Shown: positions 19,147-29,526, numbered from the stretch's first letter. The stretch: DNA of 64,000 bases from Pseudomonas sp. (GCF_040514055.1 NZ_JBEVDL010000094.1:11386-75385), one strand, 5' to 3'. Notes: generated from the sequence alone by a model not told the origin. Translations and numbers: made by a program.

Positions 19147-19546
19147 TGACCAGCACCAGCAGCAACTTGCCGTCCAGTAACAGGCGTTCGTGGGTGCTGA
19201 TGCTAAAGCGGTAGCTGGCGCCGGCTGGGCTCAGGCTTTCCTGGGCGGCCTGGACCAGCAAAGCGCCGCTGCGGCACTCGGGCTCCTGGTGCAGGCGCAG
19301 CTGGCTGACCTTGCCGACCAAGGCCATGTCGACCGCGCCGCGGTCGCCGTAGAGCGCCCCGTGGGCCGCGCAGAGCTGCGCGGCGGCTTCGAACAACAGA
19401 CAGGGCGAGGCATCCTCGGCCAGATTCGCCAGATGGCTCCAGTCGCTCAGGCCGCTGATTCCTTGCGCATCATGGGCCAGCAGCCGGTCCAGCCAGAGGG
19501 CGGCGCCCTGGTGCGGCAGCAGGCGGTGCAAGTGCGTTCGGTCCAT
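19139..19546 (-). CDS. Hotdog-fold 3-hydroxyacyl-ACP dehydratase-like protein
   Basis: LLPHQG...LLFEAAAQ resembles FabZ/ApeP LPH and EAxAQ motifs; start placed at ATG 19546. Confidence 0.7.
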   Translation of the reverse strand: MDRTHLHRLLPHQGAALWLDRLLAHDAQGISGLSDWSHLANLAEDASPCLLFEAAAQLCAAHGALYGDRGAVDMALVGKVSQLRLHQEPECRSGALLVQAAQESLSPAGASYRFSISTHERLLLDGKLLLVLVSA

Positions 19547-19624
19547 GGTATCCGGTCGCCGGGGTTGAACGCGCAGTGTACCAGTTAGGCGCTGCCGCGC
19601 GACCCGGCTGCCGGGGGCCATGCA

Positions 19625-20056
19625 TCATTGCCAGTTCAGGCGCGCCAGTTTCCATTCGCCGTCCTCCAGCCACCACTCCAGGTCGACCTGGTACTGGCGC
19701 GCGCTGTCGGGAATCAGCCCCTCGGCGCCGGTGAGCGCCACGCGCGCCTGGGTGTGGGCCTTCTGCGAATAGGTGGGGTCCAGCTGACTGTCTTCAGACA
19801 GCACCAGCACCCGGATATTCTTGTATCGCAGAAAAACCAGGGCCATGCTTCGTTTGGCCCAGTCACGGTCCAAGCTCTGTTGTTGGGCGCTAAATTGCGG
19901 ATGCAACTGATCGAGCACCGCCGTCGTCTGCTTGGCCTCTAGGGTGTTTTGCAAGCGCGCCACGGCCGCCTCGAGTGCGGCCTGGGGGGCGTCGTGGCCG
20001 CAGCCGGCGAGCAGGGTCAACAGCGCCAGCAGCGCAACAAAAAACCTGGGTGACAT
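19625..20056 (-). CDS. Conserved lipoprotein (NTF2/DUF4440-like)
   Basis: Lipobox LAGC; C-terminal WWLEDGEWKLARLNW typical of NTF2-like folds. Confidence 0.7.
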   Translation of the reverse strand: MSPRFFVALLALLTLLAGCGHDAPQAALEAAVARLQNTLEAKQTTAVLDQLHPQFSAQQQSLDRDWAKRSMALVFLRYKNIRVLVLSEDSQLDPTYSQKAHTQARVALTGAEGLIPDSARQYQVDLEWWLEDGEWKLARLNWQ

Positions 20057-20292
20057 GCTCGATTCCTGTTTCGTGGTTATGATGCCCGGCACGGCCGCCG
20101 CACCCTACTGTAGAACAGGGGTAGGTCGGGGTGAACCCGGCGCATTTACACGCGCCCACTGGCGCGCGCGCAGGTCGCCGGCCAAGGCACGCAAGACCAG
20201 GATCCGCCATGACTTGACGGTTCGTGGATTTCAGGATGAATTGAGCGGTGCTCTTATCGAGGGGCACCCCTGTAACGACTCGGGAGCGCACT

Positions 20293-21264
20293 ATGCAGAC
20301 TTTGTATCCGGAGATTAAACCCTACGCCCGCCACGAGCTGGCGGTGGACGCGCCACATGTCCTGTATGTGGACGAAAGCGGCACGCCAGCGGGTTTGCCG
20401 GTGGTATTTATTCATGGCGGCCCGGGTGCCGGGTGCGACGCCTTGAGCCGGCGCTTCTTCGATCCCAATCTGTACCGTATCGTGACGTTCGACCAGCGTG
20501 GCTGCGGACGCTCCACGCCCCATGCGAGCCTGGAAAACAACAGCACCTGGGACCTGGTCGCCGACCTGGAACGTATCCGCGAGCACCTGGGTATCGATAA
20601 ATGGGTGCTGTTCGGTGGCTCCTGGGGCTCGACCCTGTCGCTGGCCTACGCGCAAACCCACCCCGAGCGGGTCCATGCGCTGATTCTGCGCGGCATCTTC
20701 CTCTGCCGTCCGCAGGATGTCCGCTGGTTCTATCAGGAAGGCGCGAGCCGGCTGTTCCCCGACTATTGGCAGGATTACCTGGCACCCATTCCCGCGGAGG
20801 AGCGGGGTGACCTGATCCAGGCTTTTTACAAGCGCCTGACCGGCGCCGACCAGATCGCTCAGATGCATGCGGCCAAGGCCTGGTCGACCTGGGAAGGGCG
20901 GACCCTGACCCTGCGCCCTAACCCGCAGGTGGTGGAACGTTTCTCCGACGCCCATCGGGCGCTGTCGATCGCCCGCATCGAGTGCCACTACTTCGTCAAC
21001 AACGCCTTTCTCGAGCCCGATCAGCTGATTCGCGACATGGGCAAGATCGCCCATCTGCCGGGCGTCATCGTCCATGGCCGCTACGACGTGGTCTGCCCGC
21101 TGGATAATGCCTGGGAACTGCATCAGGCCTGGCCCAACAGCGAGCTGCAGATCATCCGCGAAGCCGGTCATGCGGCCTCGGAAACCGGTATCACCGATGC
21201 CCTGGTGCGCGCGGCCGATCAGGTGGCCCAGCGTCTGCTCGACCTGCCCCCTGAGGAAGCATGA
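20293..21264 (+). CDS. pip: Proline iminopeptidase
   Basis: [35 protein letters not shown] motifs. Confidence 0.96.
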   Translation: MQTLYPEIKPYARHELAVDAPHVLYVDESGTPAGLPVVFIHGGPGAGCDALSRRFFDPNLYRIVTFDQRGCGRSTPHASLENNSTWDLVADLERIREHLGIDKWVLFGGSWGSTLSLAYAQTHPERVHALILRGIFLCRPQDVRWFYQEGASRLFPDYWQDYLAPIPAEERGDLIQAFYKRLTGADQIAQMHAAKAWSTWEGRTLTLRPNPQVVERFSDAHRALSIARIECHYFVNNAFLEPDQLIRDMGKIAHLPGVIVHGRYDVVCPLDNAWELHQAWPNSELQIIREAGHAASETGITDALVRAADQVAQRLLDLPPEEA

Positions 21265-21698
21265 AGGGACTGATCCAGCGCGTCAGCCAGGCGCGGGTGG
21301 AGGTCGCCGGTGAAACCGTCGGCGCGATCGCTCAGGGCTTGCTGGTGCTGGTGGGGGTCGAGCCCCAGGACAGCCCGGCCAGAGTCGACAAGCTGCTGCA
21401 CAAGCTGCTCAACTACCGGGTGTTCGCCGATGCCCAGGGCAAGATGAACCTGTCGCTGCGCGATGTCGGTGGCGGCCTGCTGCTGGTCTCGCAGTTCACC
21501 CTGGCCGCCGATACCAAGAGCGGCTTGCGCCCGAGTTTTTCCAGTGCCGCCACCCCGGCCCTGGGCGCCGAACTGTTCGAGTTGCTGGTCGAGCGGGCCC
21601 GCCGGGCCCATCCCCAGGTCGCGACCGGGCGCTTTGGCGCCGACATGCAGGTGCACCTGGTGAACGATGGGCCGGTGACCTTTCTGCTGGACAGCTAG
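21261..21698 (+). CDS. dtd: D-aminoacyl-tRNA deacylase
   Basis: SQFTL and [12 protein letters not shown] motifs. Confidence 0.96.
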   Translation: MKGLIQRVSQARVEVAGETVGAIAQGLLVLVGVEPQDSPARVDKLLHKLLNYRVFADAQGKMNLSLRDVGGGLLLVSQFTLAADTKSGLRPSFSSAATPALGAELFELLVERARRAHPQVATGRFGADMQVHLVNDGPVTFLLDS

Positions 21699-21704
21699 GC
21701 GACC

Positions 21705-22292
21705 CTAACGCGCCAGGGCTTCGGCGACGAAGTCCAGGCGATCCTGGCCGAAATGCAGTTCGTCGCCGACGAAAAAACTCGGCGCGCCGAACACTCCCCT
21801 GCGCACCGCCTCCTCGGTATTGGCCTTGAGCCGCTCCTTGACCCCCTCGTCAGCGACCAGGCGTTCGAACTCGGCCGGGTCCAGGCCCGCCTCGAGCAAC
21901 ACCTGGGTCACCACTTCGGCTTTGCCCAGGTGCTGCCGGTGCACCCAAAGCGCTTCAAAGATCGCGCGTACGTAGATCCCGAACTGCGGGCTGTCCAGAT
22001 AGCCTGCCGCGCCGCGCATCAGGGTCAGGGTGTTGATCGGGAAATGCGGGTTGAAGGCCATGGGAACGCCGTAGCGGCTGGCGAAGCGCGCCAGGTCCTG
22101 CAGCATGTAGCGGCCCTTGCTGGGGATGCTGACCGGCGACTGGTTGCCGGTGGCCTTGAACACCCCACCCAGCAACATCGGCCGCCAATGGATCTCGGCG
22201 CCCGCGGCGGCGGCAATCGTCGGCAGTTGGGTCCAGGCCAGGTAGGTGGTGGGGCTGCCGAAATCGAAAAAGAACTCCAGGGTCTTACTCAT
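21705..22292 (-). CDS. 2-hydroxychromene-2-carboxylate isomerase / GST-kappa family protein
   Basis: FFFDFGSPTTYLA, RPMLLGGVFK, GVFGAPSF, FGQDRL motifs. Confidence 0.88.
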   Translation of the reverse strand: MSKTLEFFFDFGSPTTYLAWTQLPTIAAAAGAEIHWRPMLLGGVFKATGNQSPVSIPSKGRYMLQDLARFASRYGVPMAFNPHFPINTLTLMRGAAGYLDSPQFGIYVRAIFEALWVHRQHLGKAEVVTQVLLEAGLDPAEFERLVADEGVKERLKANTEEAVRRGVFGAPSFFVGDELHFGQDRLDFVAEALAR

Positions 22293-22344
22293 CTGATTGT
22301 GTCCTGTAAGGGTGGCCAGCAGGTGCCGCGAGCGACGGAATCTC

Positions 22345-23073
22345 TCAGAAGGTTTCGGACCAGGGCCGCAGGTCCAGTTCATGCACCCAGCAGTCGCGGG
22401 GCTGGTTGTGGATCTGCCAGTAGGTCTCGGCGATGTGGTTGGGGTCAAGGATGCCGTCCTGCTCCTTGAGGCGATAGAGGTCGGGGAAGGTCTCGCGGAT
22501 AAAGGCGGTGTCGATGGCGCCATCGATGATCGGATGGGCCACGTGGATGCCCTTGGGCCCCAGCTCCCGGGCCATGCTCTGGGCCAGTGCGCGCAGGGCG
22601 AACTTGGCGCTGGCGAAGGCGGAGAAATTGGCCCGGCCGCGCAAGGAGGCGGTGGCGCCGGTAAAGATGATGCTGCCACGGGCGCGTGGCAACATCACCC
22701 GCGCGGCTTCCCGGCCGGTCAGGAAGCCGGCCAGGGCCGCCATCTCCCAGACCTTGCGGTAGACCCGTTCGGTGGTTTCGGTGATGGAAAACTGCACGTT
22801 GGCGCCGATATTGAACACCACCACTTCAAGGGGGCCGATTTCACGCTCAATGGTCGCGAACAACTGCTGTACCTGCTCTTCCACTCGCGCATCGCAGGCG
22901 AAGGCCCGGGCCGCGCCACCTTCGGCTTCGATGGCCTCCACCAGCGGCACCAGCTTGTCCGCCGTGCGGCGGGCCACGCAGGCGACATAGCCCTCGCGGG
23001 CAAAACGTTTGGCGATCGCGCCGCCAGTGGCGTCGCCTGCCCCTACCACCAGTATTGCCTTGCGCTCAGTCAT
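22345..23073 (-). CDS. SDR-family oxidoreductase
   Basis: GAGDATGGAIA Rossmann motif, NIGAN, TGATASLRG, FASAKFALRALAQSMARELGP. Confidence 0.9.
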   Translation of the reverse strand: MTERKAILVVGAGDATGGAIAKRFAREGYVACVARRTADKLVPLVEAIEAEGGAARAFACDARVEEQVQQLFATIEREIGPLEVVVFNIGANVQFSITETTERVYRKVWEMAALAGFLTGREAARVMLPRARGSIIFTGATASLRGRANFSAFASAKFALRALAQSMARELGPKGIHVAHPIIDGAIDTAFIRETFPDLYRLKEQDGILDPNHIAETYWQIHNQPRDCWVHELDLRPWSETF

Positions 23074-23087
23074 GTCGAATCTCCTTG

Positions 23088-23131
23088 GTTCTGTTTTGGA
23101 ACTAACTAAATACTCAGTTCCTTTTTGGAAC
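23088..23131. promoter_or_regulatory. Two copies of a palindromic operator GTTC-N7-GAAC between the divergent SDR and HxlR genes
   Basis: GTTCTGTTTTGGAAC (23088-23102) and GTTCCTTTTTGGAAC (23117-23131). Confidence 0.65.
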
Positions 23132-23177
23132 CTGTCAAGTTAGGCTGTTGCACTGTCCTTGATTTTCGGGAGTCCTT

Positions 23178-23672
23178 ATGCGCTGGGAAGAGCTCGATCA
23201 GCAGCCCTGTTCGCTGTCGCGCACGCTGTCGGTGGTCGGTGATCGCTGGACCCTGCTGGTGCTGCGTGAATGCTTTATGGGCGTGCGCCGTTTCGAGGAA
23301 TTCGAAAGGCGTCTGGGCGTCACCCGTCATGTGCTGGCCGATCGTCTGAAAAAGCTGACCGCTGCCGCGGTGCTGACCAAGGTGGCCTATCAGGAACGAC
23401 CGCGCCGCGAGGAGTACCGTCTGACGGAAAAGGGCCTCGAGCTGTACCCCGCCGTGTTGGCCCTGGTCAACTGGGGTGACCGTCATATGAGCGGTGTCGA
23501 GGGGCCGCCGATCCGCCACCGACACAGGACCTGTGGGCAGCCCATGCACGGCGTGCTGGTGTGTTCCGACTGCGGCGAGCCGTTGGCCGCCCGCGACGTG
23601 GTGCTGAGCGAGGCGCCGGGCCTGGAAGGGCAGCTGCTACCTCAACATTGGCGTGCCGACGCCCAGGCATGA
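23178..23672 (+). CDS. HxlR/DUF24 (MarR-type) winged-helix regulator
   Basis: CSLSRTLSVVGDRWTLLVLRE...RRFEEF...LADRLKKL...YRLTEKG; C-terminal HRTCG/CSDCG. Confidence 0.9.
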   Translation: MRWEELDQQPCSLSRTLSVVGDRWTLLVLRECFMGVRRFEEFERRLGVTRHVLADRLKKLTAAAVLTKVAYQERPRREEYRLTEKGLELYPAVLALVNWGDRHMSGVEGPPIRHRHRTCGQPMHGVLVCSDCGEPLAARDVVLSEAPGLEGQLLPQHWRADAQA

Positions 23673-23834
23673 TCCGGGATGGCGCATAGGGTGAATGACG
23701 CTCTCGCGGGGGGGACAGGAAAACCGTTATCCAGACTACGGGCTACGCGGCTCGGCCCCCGAGAAGTCGCTCGCAATGAAAAAACCGCTTCGCCCGAGGT
23801 CGGGGCTCCGACACTCCAAGTGGGTGACTCGTGT

Positions 23835-24257
23835 TCAACGCCCGGGAGCGGCGTCCAGACCATTGACCTGCAGCCATTCCAGGGCCAGGTCATGCAGGTG
23901 CTCGACCTGGTAGGCCAGCCAGGCCTGCCGAACAGCGGGCCAGCGCTCCAGCGCGTAATCAAAGTTGCGCAGGGCCTTGCGCCCGTCGAGTGCCTGGCGC
24001 AGCGCCGCATGGGCCAGCGGGTCGGCCACCTCGTACAAAAAACCTTCGCGCACGGCCAGGGTTTGCGCTGGCGGCAGTCGGTCGATCGGCAGGTAGCGGT
24101 CGGCCTCTACCTGGTACTTCTCCAGGGCGCCGGGTGCCGGTTCCCCCGGGGCCGTGGCCAGCACGCTACCGGTCTGCAGATCCAGGTAGTACGCGTCAGC
24201 GTCGATGCTGGCCAGGGCGGCGGCCAGTGCCGCGAGATCGATTATCAGGGGACGCAT
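23835..24257 (-). CDS. UPF0158-family protein
   Basis: YYLDLQTGSV, RYLPI, LRQALDGRKALRNF, W..Y...L..LALEWL pattern. Confidence 0.75.
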   Translation of the reverse strand: MRPLIIDLAALAAALASIDADAYYLDLQTGSVLATAPGEPAPGALEKYQVEADRYLPIDRLPPAQTLAVREGFLYEVADPLAHAALRQALDGRKALRNFDYALERWPAVRQAWLAYQVEHLHDLALEWLQVNGLDAAPGR

Positions 24258-24323
24258 AGGCTCGAGTGATTCAGTGGGGGTGAGGAGTTCGACTGGCGTG
24301 CAGCGCTACGGTTCGCCGGGCGA

Positions 24324-25031
24324 CTAAAACAAGCGCGCCAGCAGCGCCGTGACCGCCGTTTCCACCCGCAGGATCCGCGCGCCCAACTGCACCGGTTGCA
24401 ATCCGGCCTCTTGCAGTCTTTCCACCTCGTAGGGGATCCAGCCGCCCTCCGGTCCTATGGCCAGGGTCACCTGCTGCATCACCGCCCGTGGACACGCGGG
24501 GAAATCGCCGGGGTGGCCGACCAAGCCGAGGCTGCCGGCGGCCAGGTGCGGCAGGCGATCCTCGACGAACGGTTTGAAGCGTTTTTCGATCAAGACCTCC
24601 GGCAGCCGGGTGTCGCGGGCCTGCTCCAGGCCCAGCAGCAGCTGCTCGCGAATCGCCGCCGGATCGAGGAACGGTGTCTGCCAGAAGCTTTTTTCCACCC
24701 GGTAGCTGTTGAGCAGCACCAGCCGCGGTACGCCCATGCTGGCCACGGTCTGCAGTACCCGGCGCAGCATCTTCGGCCGCGGCAGGGCGAGCAGCAGGGT
24801 CAAGGGCAGCTTGTCGGGCGGCGGCTGGTCGAACTGCACCTGCAGCTCGGCTTCCCCGGCGTCCAGGCGCAGAACCTGGCCGTGCCCCATGGCGCCCTCC
24901 AGGCGGCCGACGCGCAGGCTGTCGCCCACTGCGGCGCGGTGCACCTCCTGCAGGTGCTTGAGACGCCGGTCACGTAGCAACACCCGGTCGGCCGCGACGA
25001 AGTCGGCCTCTTCCAGCAACAGCAGGTTCAT
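24324..25031 (-). CDS. rsmE: 16S rRNA m3U1498 methyltransferase
   Basis: [40 protein letters not shown]. Confidence 0.93.
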   Translation of the reverse strand: MNLLLLEEADFVAADRVLLRDRRLKHLQEVHRAAVGDSLRVGRLEGAMGHGQVLRLDAGEAELQVQFDQPPPDKLPLTLLLALPRPKMLRRVLQTVASMGVPRLVLLNSYRVEKSFWQTPFLDPAAIREQLLLGLEQARDTRLPEVLIEKRFKPFVEDRLPHLAAGSLGLVGHPGDFPACPRAVMQQVTLAIGPEGGWIPYEVERLQEAGLQPVQLGARILRVETAVTALLARLF

Positions 25032-25819
25032 GGCTGCGCGGCGGGCGGTTGGTCGGCCGACGGGGTGTCCGCTTCGTCGTGCTCGCTGCGCTTGCGGATC
25101 AGGCTGCCGGCGATGACGCCCAGTTCGAACAGCAGCCACATGGGCACGGCCAGCAGGGTCTGGGAAAAAATATCCGGTGGGGTCAGCACCATGCCGACGA
25201 CAAAGCAGCCGATGATCACATAGGGCCGTATGCGCCGCAGGTAGGCCACGTCGACCACACCGATCCAGATCAGCAACACCACGGCCACCGGGATCTCGAA
25301 GGCCACGCCGAAGGCGAAAAACAGGGTCATCACGAAATCGAGGTAGCTGCTGATGTCGGTCATCATCGACACCCCTTCGGGGGTCACGCTGGCGAAAAAG
25401 TGGAAAATGATCGGAAACACCAGGAAATAGGCGAAGGCCATGCCGCCGTAGAACAGCAGGATGCTCGACACCAGCAGGGGCACGGCGATGCGCTTTTCAT
25501 GCCTGTACAGCCCCGGCGCGATAAAACCCCAGATCTGATGCAGGATCACCGGCATGGCGAGAAACAGCGCCACCACCATGGTCAACTTGAAGGGCGTCAG
25601 GAAGGGCGAGGCGACGTCGGTGGCGATCATCGTCGCGCCTTCGGGCAGGTAGGCCCTGAGCGGTGCCGAGACCAGGGTGTAGATCTTCTGGGCGAAGTAG
25701 AAAAGCCCGGCGAAGATCAGGAAAATGGCCACCACACAGCGCAGCAGGCGGGTGCGCAATTCGGTCAGGTGCGAAACCAGGGGCATTTCCGGGTCGTGAT
25801 TCGGGGTCTGGACGCTCAT
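25028..25819 (-). CDS. tatC: Twin-arginine translocase subunit C
   Basis: [40 protein letters not shown]. Confidence 0.97.
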   Translation of the reverse strand: MSVQTPNHDPEMPLVSHLTELRTRLLRCVVAIFLIFAGLFYFAQKIYTLVSAPLRAYLPEGATMIATDVASPFLTPFKLTMVVALFLAMPVILHQIWGFIAPGLYRHEKRIAVPLLVSSILLFYGGMAFAYFLVFPIIFHFFASVTPEGVSMMTDISSYLDFVMTLFFAFGVAFEIPVAVVLLIWIGVVDVAYLRRIRPYVIIGCFVVGMVLTPPDIFSQTLLAVPMWLLFELGVIAGSLIRKRSEHDEADTPSADQPPAAQP

Positions 25820-26211
25820 GGGACTCGCGGAGGTTGTTGCGCAGGGGAGACGGCCAGTGGCGCGCCGCCTTTGGCCAGGTTGACCGCGGTTGCGGGCGCT
25901 GTTTCGGCTGCTGGCGCGGGTACTTCGACAGGCGCCGGCACGTCTGGCTCGACTGCGGACGGCTGCAACGGCGACAGCAGGCTGCGCGCTTCTTGCTCCA
26001 GTGACAGGATATGTTCGTTGTGCAGTTGCCGGCGGATTTCGTCGGCGCCGATTTCGCGCTCCACTTCCTGCTTGATGGCATTGAAGCTGCGTTTCAATCG
26101 GCCGATCCACAGACCCGCCGTGCGCGCGGCGCCCGGCAGGCGTTCCGGGCCGAGCACCAGCAGGGCGATCAGGCCGATCAGCAGCAGTTCACCGAAGCTG
26201 ATTCCGAACAT
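25816..26211 (-). CDS. tatB: Twin-arginine translocase subunit B
   Basis: [26 protein letters not shown]. Confidence 0.96.
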   Translation of the reverse strand: MFGISFGELLLIGLIALLVLGPERLPGAARTAGLWIGRLKRSFNAIKQEVEREIGADEIRRQLHNEHILSLEQEARSLLSPLQPSAVEPDVPAPVEVPAPAAETAPATAVNLAKGGAPLAVSPAQQPPRVP

Positions 26212-26459
26212 CAGTCTTTCCTGGCCGGCTCTTCGACCTTCTGTGCCTGCACGTCGATGGTCTGCGGCTGGCTCAGCGGCTGTGCTGGCGCACCCTGGGG
26301 TTCGCCGGCCTTGCCGTCTTCCTCGGTGTTCATGGCCTTGCGAAAGCCCTTGATCGACTCACCGATATCGGTACCCAGCCCCTTGAGTTTCTTGGTGCCG
26401 AAGACCAGCACGACCACGATCAAGATAACGATCCAGTGTTTCCAGTCAAAAATACCCAT
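26211..26459 (-). CDS. tatA: Twin-arginine translocase subunit A
   Basis: [25 protein letters not shown]...GFRKAM. Confidence 0.96.
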   Translation of the reverse strand: MGIFDWKHWIVILIVVVLVFGTKKLKGLGTDIGESIKGFRKAMNTEEDGKAGEPQGAPAQPLSQPQTIDVQAQKVEEPARKD

Positions 26460-26484
26460 GCAACGGTTCCTCCAAAAGAATGCG

Positions 26485-26820
26485 TTAGGCCGAGGGCGCG
26501 CGTGCGGCCTTTTCAGCGTGGCCGGAGAGGCCGAAACGGCGGTCCAGCTCATCCAATACCGCCTGCGGGTGCTGGCCGAGGGCCGCGAGCATCACCAGGC
26601 TGTGAAACCACAGGTCGGCCGTCTCGTAGACCAGATCGCTGCAGTCGCCGCTGAGCGCGGCGTCCTTGGCGGCAAGTATGGTTTCCACCGATTCTTCGCC
26701 GACCTTTTCCAGAATCTTGTTCAGCCCCTTGTGGTACAGGCTGGCCACGTAGGAGCTGTCCGCGGGCGCGCCCTTGCGCGACTCGAGCACTTCAGCGAGG
26801 CGGGTCAGGGTGTCACTCAT
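26485..26820 (-). CDS. hisE: Phosphoribosyl-ATP pyrophosphatase
   Basis: [19 protein letters not shown]. Confidence 0.96.
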   Translation of the reverse strand: MSDTLTRLAEVLESRKGAPADSSYVASLYHKGLNKILEKVGEESVETILAAKDAALSGDCSDLVYETADLWFHSLVMLAALGQHPQAVLDELDRRFGLSGHAEKAARAPSA

Positions 26821-27214
26821 GGGAATGTCCTGCGGCGTAGATGGCATGCGGATCCTTGAGTACGGCCTCGACGGTCTTCCAGGCGCCGTTTTCATGGACC
26901 CGATAAAAGCAACTTTCCCGTCCGGTGTGGCAGGCGATACCGCCCAATTGCTCGACCTTGAGGACAATCACGTCGGCGTCGCAGTCCAGGCGCACCTCGT
27001 GCAAACGCTGCACATGGCCCGACTCTTCGCCCTTACGCCACAGTTTGCCACGGGAACGTGACCAATAGATGGCACGGTTTTCCGCCACGGTCAGGCTCAA
27101 CGCTTCGCGGTTCATCCAGGCCATCATCAGGATCCGACCGCTTTGGTGGTCCTGGGCGATGGCCGGGACCAGGCCATCGGCGTTCCAGTTGATCTCGTCC
27201 AGCCAGTCGTTCAT
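26813..27214 (-). CDS. hisI: Phosphoribosyl-AMP cyclohydrolase
   Basis: [31 protein letters not shown]. Confidence 0.96.
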   Translation of the reverse strand: MNDWLDEINWNADGLVPAIAQDHQSGRILMMAWMNREALSLTVAENRAIYWSRSRGKLWRKGEESGHVQRLHEVRLDCDADVIVLKVEQLGGIACHTGRESCFYRVHENGAWKTVEAVLKDPHAIYAAGHSHE

Positions 27215-27298
27215 GGAAGGTCCGTTGCAAGTGGGGCCAGACGGCACAGCGGTGTGCCGTCGGAAAAACGCTAGTGTGCCAGCCAGGAACCGGGCTGG

Positions 27299-28906
27299 CT
27301 ATCGATGCAGGACCAGGTACAGCCCGCTGGCGGCCATCACCCAGGCGGGCCAGACGACCAGCAGCTCGAGACTGCCGGCGGCGGCGCCGAAGGCGCTGCC
27401 CGCGGCCAACAGGGACGCGCCGACCAGGCGCAGACCGACCCAGGAACGCTCCGCGCGCCAGGGCGGCGGTGGGTCCTGGGCGTGCGGCTGGGCCATGCGC
27501 TCGAGCAGATCGCGGGTCATCTGCGCCAGGTGCGGCACCTGCTCGACCTGGGTCTGCAGGTTGTGCAGCAGGCTTTTGGGGCTGATCCGCTCGCGCATCC
27601 AGCGCTCCAGAAATGGCTGGGCGGTGGCCCACAGGTCCAGGTCGGGATAGAGCTGGCGGCCAAGCCCCTCGATATTGAGCAGGGTCTTTTGCAGCAATAC
27701 CAGTTGCGGCTGGATTTCCATATTGAAGCGCCGCGCGGTCTGGAACAGGCGCATCAGCAGCAGGCCGAAGGAGATGTCCTTGAGCGGTCGTTCGAAGATC
27801 GGTTCGCAGACGGTGCGGATCGCCGCTTCGAAGTCGTTGACCTTGGTTTGCGCCGGTACCCAGCCCGAATCGATGTGCAGCTGCGCCACCTTGCGGTAGT
27901 CACGTTTGAAAAAGGCCACCAGGTTGCGCGCCAGGTAGTCCTGGTCCTCGGGGGTCAGGCTGCCGATGATGCCGCAGTCGACCGCAATGTACTGCGGGCT
28001 CCAGGGCTGGCGGGTGCTGACAAAGATATTGCCCGGGTGCATGTCGGCATGGAAAAAACTGTGGCTGAAGACCTGGGTAAAGAAGATCTCCACGCCACGT
28101 TCCGCCAGCAGTTTCATATTGGTGCGCTGGTCGGCCAGGGTGGCCAGGTCGGTCACCTGGATGCCGTAGATGCGCTCCATCACCAACACTTTTGGCCGGC
28201 ACCAGTCCCAATACACCTGGGGCACGTAGAGCAGCGGCGAGCCTTCGAAGTTGCGCCGCAGCTGGCTGGCATTGGCGGCTTCGCGGAGCAGGTCGAGTTC
28301 GTCGTAGATGGTCTTTTCGTAGTCGCTGACCACTTCGACCGGATGCAGGCGGCGGGCCTCGTTGGAGCTGTATTCGGCGAGACGGGCCAGCAGAAACAGC
28401 CAGGCCAGGTCCTGTCGGATAATGGGCTTGAGGCCCGGGCGGATCACCTTGACCACCACGTCTTCGCCGCTTTTCAGCTGGGCGGCATGCACCTGGGCCA
28501 CCGAGGCCGATGCCAGTGGCTGGGTGTCAAAACGGGCGAACACCTCGCTCACCCGGGCGCCGAGCTGCTCCTCGATCAACGCCACCGCCTGCTGCGGATC
28601 GAACGGCGGTACACGGTCCTGCAGGTGCGCCAGCTCGTCGGCGACATCCGTCGGCAGCAGGTCGCGGCGGGTGGACAGCAATTGCCCGAACTTGATGAAG
28701 ATTGGCCCCAGTTCCTCCAGGGCCAGGCGCAGCCGCTCGCCGCGGCTCAGCTCGAGCGTCTTGCGCGGCAGCCAGCGCCAGGGCAACAAGGGTTTGATCA
28801 GGCGCAGCCACCAAGGCAGCGGCAGGGCGAACAGCAGGTCGTCGAGGCGGTAGCGAACGACCACGCGCTGAATACGAAACAGGCGGCGAAGGGCAAGCAC
28901 ACTCAT
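27299..28906 (-). CDS. ubiB: Ubiquinone biosynthesis atypical kinase
   Basis: [32 protein letters not shown]. Confidence 0.97.
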   Translation of the reverse strand: MSVLALRRLFRIQRVVVRYRLDDLLFALPLPWWLRLIKPLLPWRWLPRKTLELSRGERLRLALEELGPIFIKFGQLLSTRRDLLPTDVADELAHLQDRVPPFDPQQAVALIEEQLGARVSEVFARFDTQPLASASVAQVHAAQLKSGEDVVVKVIRPGLKPIIRQDLAWLFLLARLAEYSSNEARRLHPVEVVSDYEKTIYDELDLLREAANASQLRRNFEGSPLLYVPQVYWDWCRPKVLVMERIYGIQVTDLATLADQRTNMKLLAERGVEIFFTQVFSHSFFHADMHPGNIFVSTRQPWSPQYIAVDCGIIGSLTPEDQDYLARNLVAFFKRDYRKVAQLHIDSGWVPAQTKVNDFEAAIRTVCEPIFERPLKDISFGLLLMRLFQTARRFNMEIQPQLVLLQKTLLNIEGLGRQLYPDLDLWATAQPFLERWMRERISPKSLLHNLQTQVEQVPHLAQMTRDLLERMAQPHAQDPPPPWRAERSWVGLRLVGASLLAAGSAFGAAAGSLELLVVWPAWVMAASGLYLVLHR

Positions 28907-29526
28907 GGGGTTTCGCCGGAGGAGGGGATGGCTTCGAGGCGCTGAACGCGGGCATCGAGCCGGTCCAGGGCCAGTTTAAGGTGGTCCAGTTCGGCGAAGC
29001 GCGCTTGCGCCTCGCGTTGCCCGACCAGGGCGCGGGACTCTTCACTGAGGTAGTCGGCCAGGTCCAGGCGCAGGCTGTCGAGGCCTTCACGACCCCAGCG
29101 GGTGCGACTGCGCAGGTGCTCACCGAACCAGTGGCTGGCAACCGGCCCGAGCCAGAGGGACAGTTCATATTCCCAGTCCAGCTCCAGGTCCTGGAGAATC
29201 TCCGCCAGCTCCATCAGCACTGCGCTGTCGCCTTGCAGGTCGACGTCGGCGCGGTGCAACACGGCGCTTTTGTCGCGGCCGGTGGCCAGGCGCAACAGGC
29301 TGCTCAGGGGCGCACGCAGGCGACAATCGGCCGGTGCTTCCCAGTGCGACGCCAGGCGCAGGCCGTCCGGCCCCGGCAGCACCACGATCTGCAGCGCCGG
29401 TGCGGTGCAGTCGAAGGCAATGACCTTGCCACTCAGGCGGCCCAGGCGCGGCAGGGCGGTGCTGTCCAACGCCAGGACGCGATTGATGCCCCGTTCCACG
29501 CCCGCCAGCAGGGCCTGCGTCAGCAT
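28903..29526 (-). CDS. ubiJ: Ubiquinone biosynthesis accessory factor (SCP2 domain)
   Basis: Lies between ubiE and ubiB; LDWEYEL motif. Confidence 0.92.
   Translation of the reverse strand: MLTQALLAGVERGINRVLALDSTALPRLGRLSGKVIAFDCTAPALQIVVLPGPDGLRLASHWEAPADCRLRAPLSSLLRLATGRDKSAVLHRADVDLQGDSAVLMELAEILQDLELDWEYELSLWLGPVASHWFGEHLRSRTRWGREGLDSLRLDLADYLSEESRALVGQREAQARFAELDHLKLALDRLDARVQRLEAIPSSGETP

Noticed and set aside
11628-19546. Interpretation as a complete aryl polyene/flexirubin pigment cluster
   Set aside because: No ammonia lyase, acyl-CoA ligase, ketoreductase, methyltransferase, glycosyltransferase or second large KS is present in the window.
23673-23834. Structured-looking gap between convergent HxlR and UPF0158 genes as a tRNA or sRNA
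   Set aside because: No cloverleaf or T-loop, and only a short 4-5 bp hairpin; no support without an Rfam search.
27240-27261. 9-bp hairpin between ubiB and hisI
   Set aside because: No U tract and no second copy seen; not enough to call a terminator or REP.
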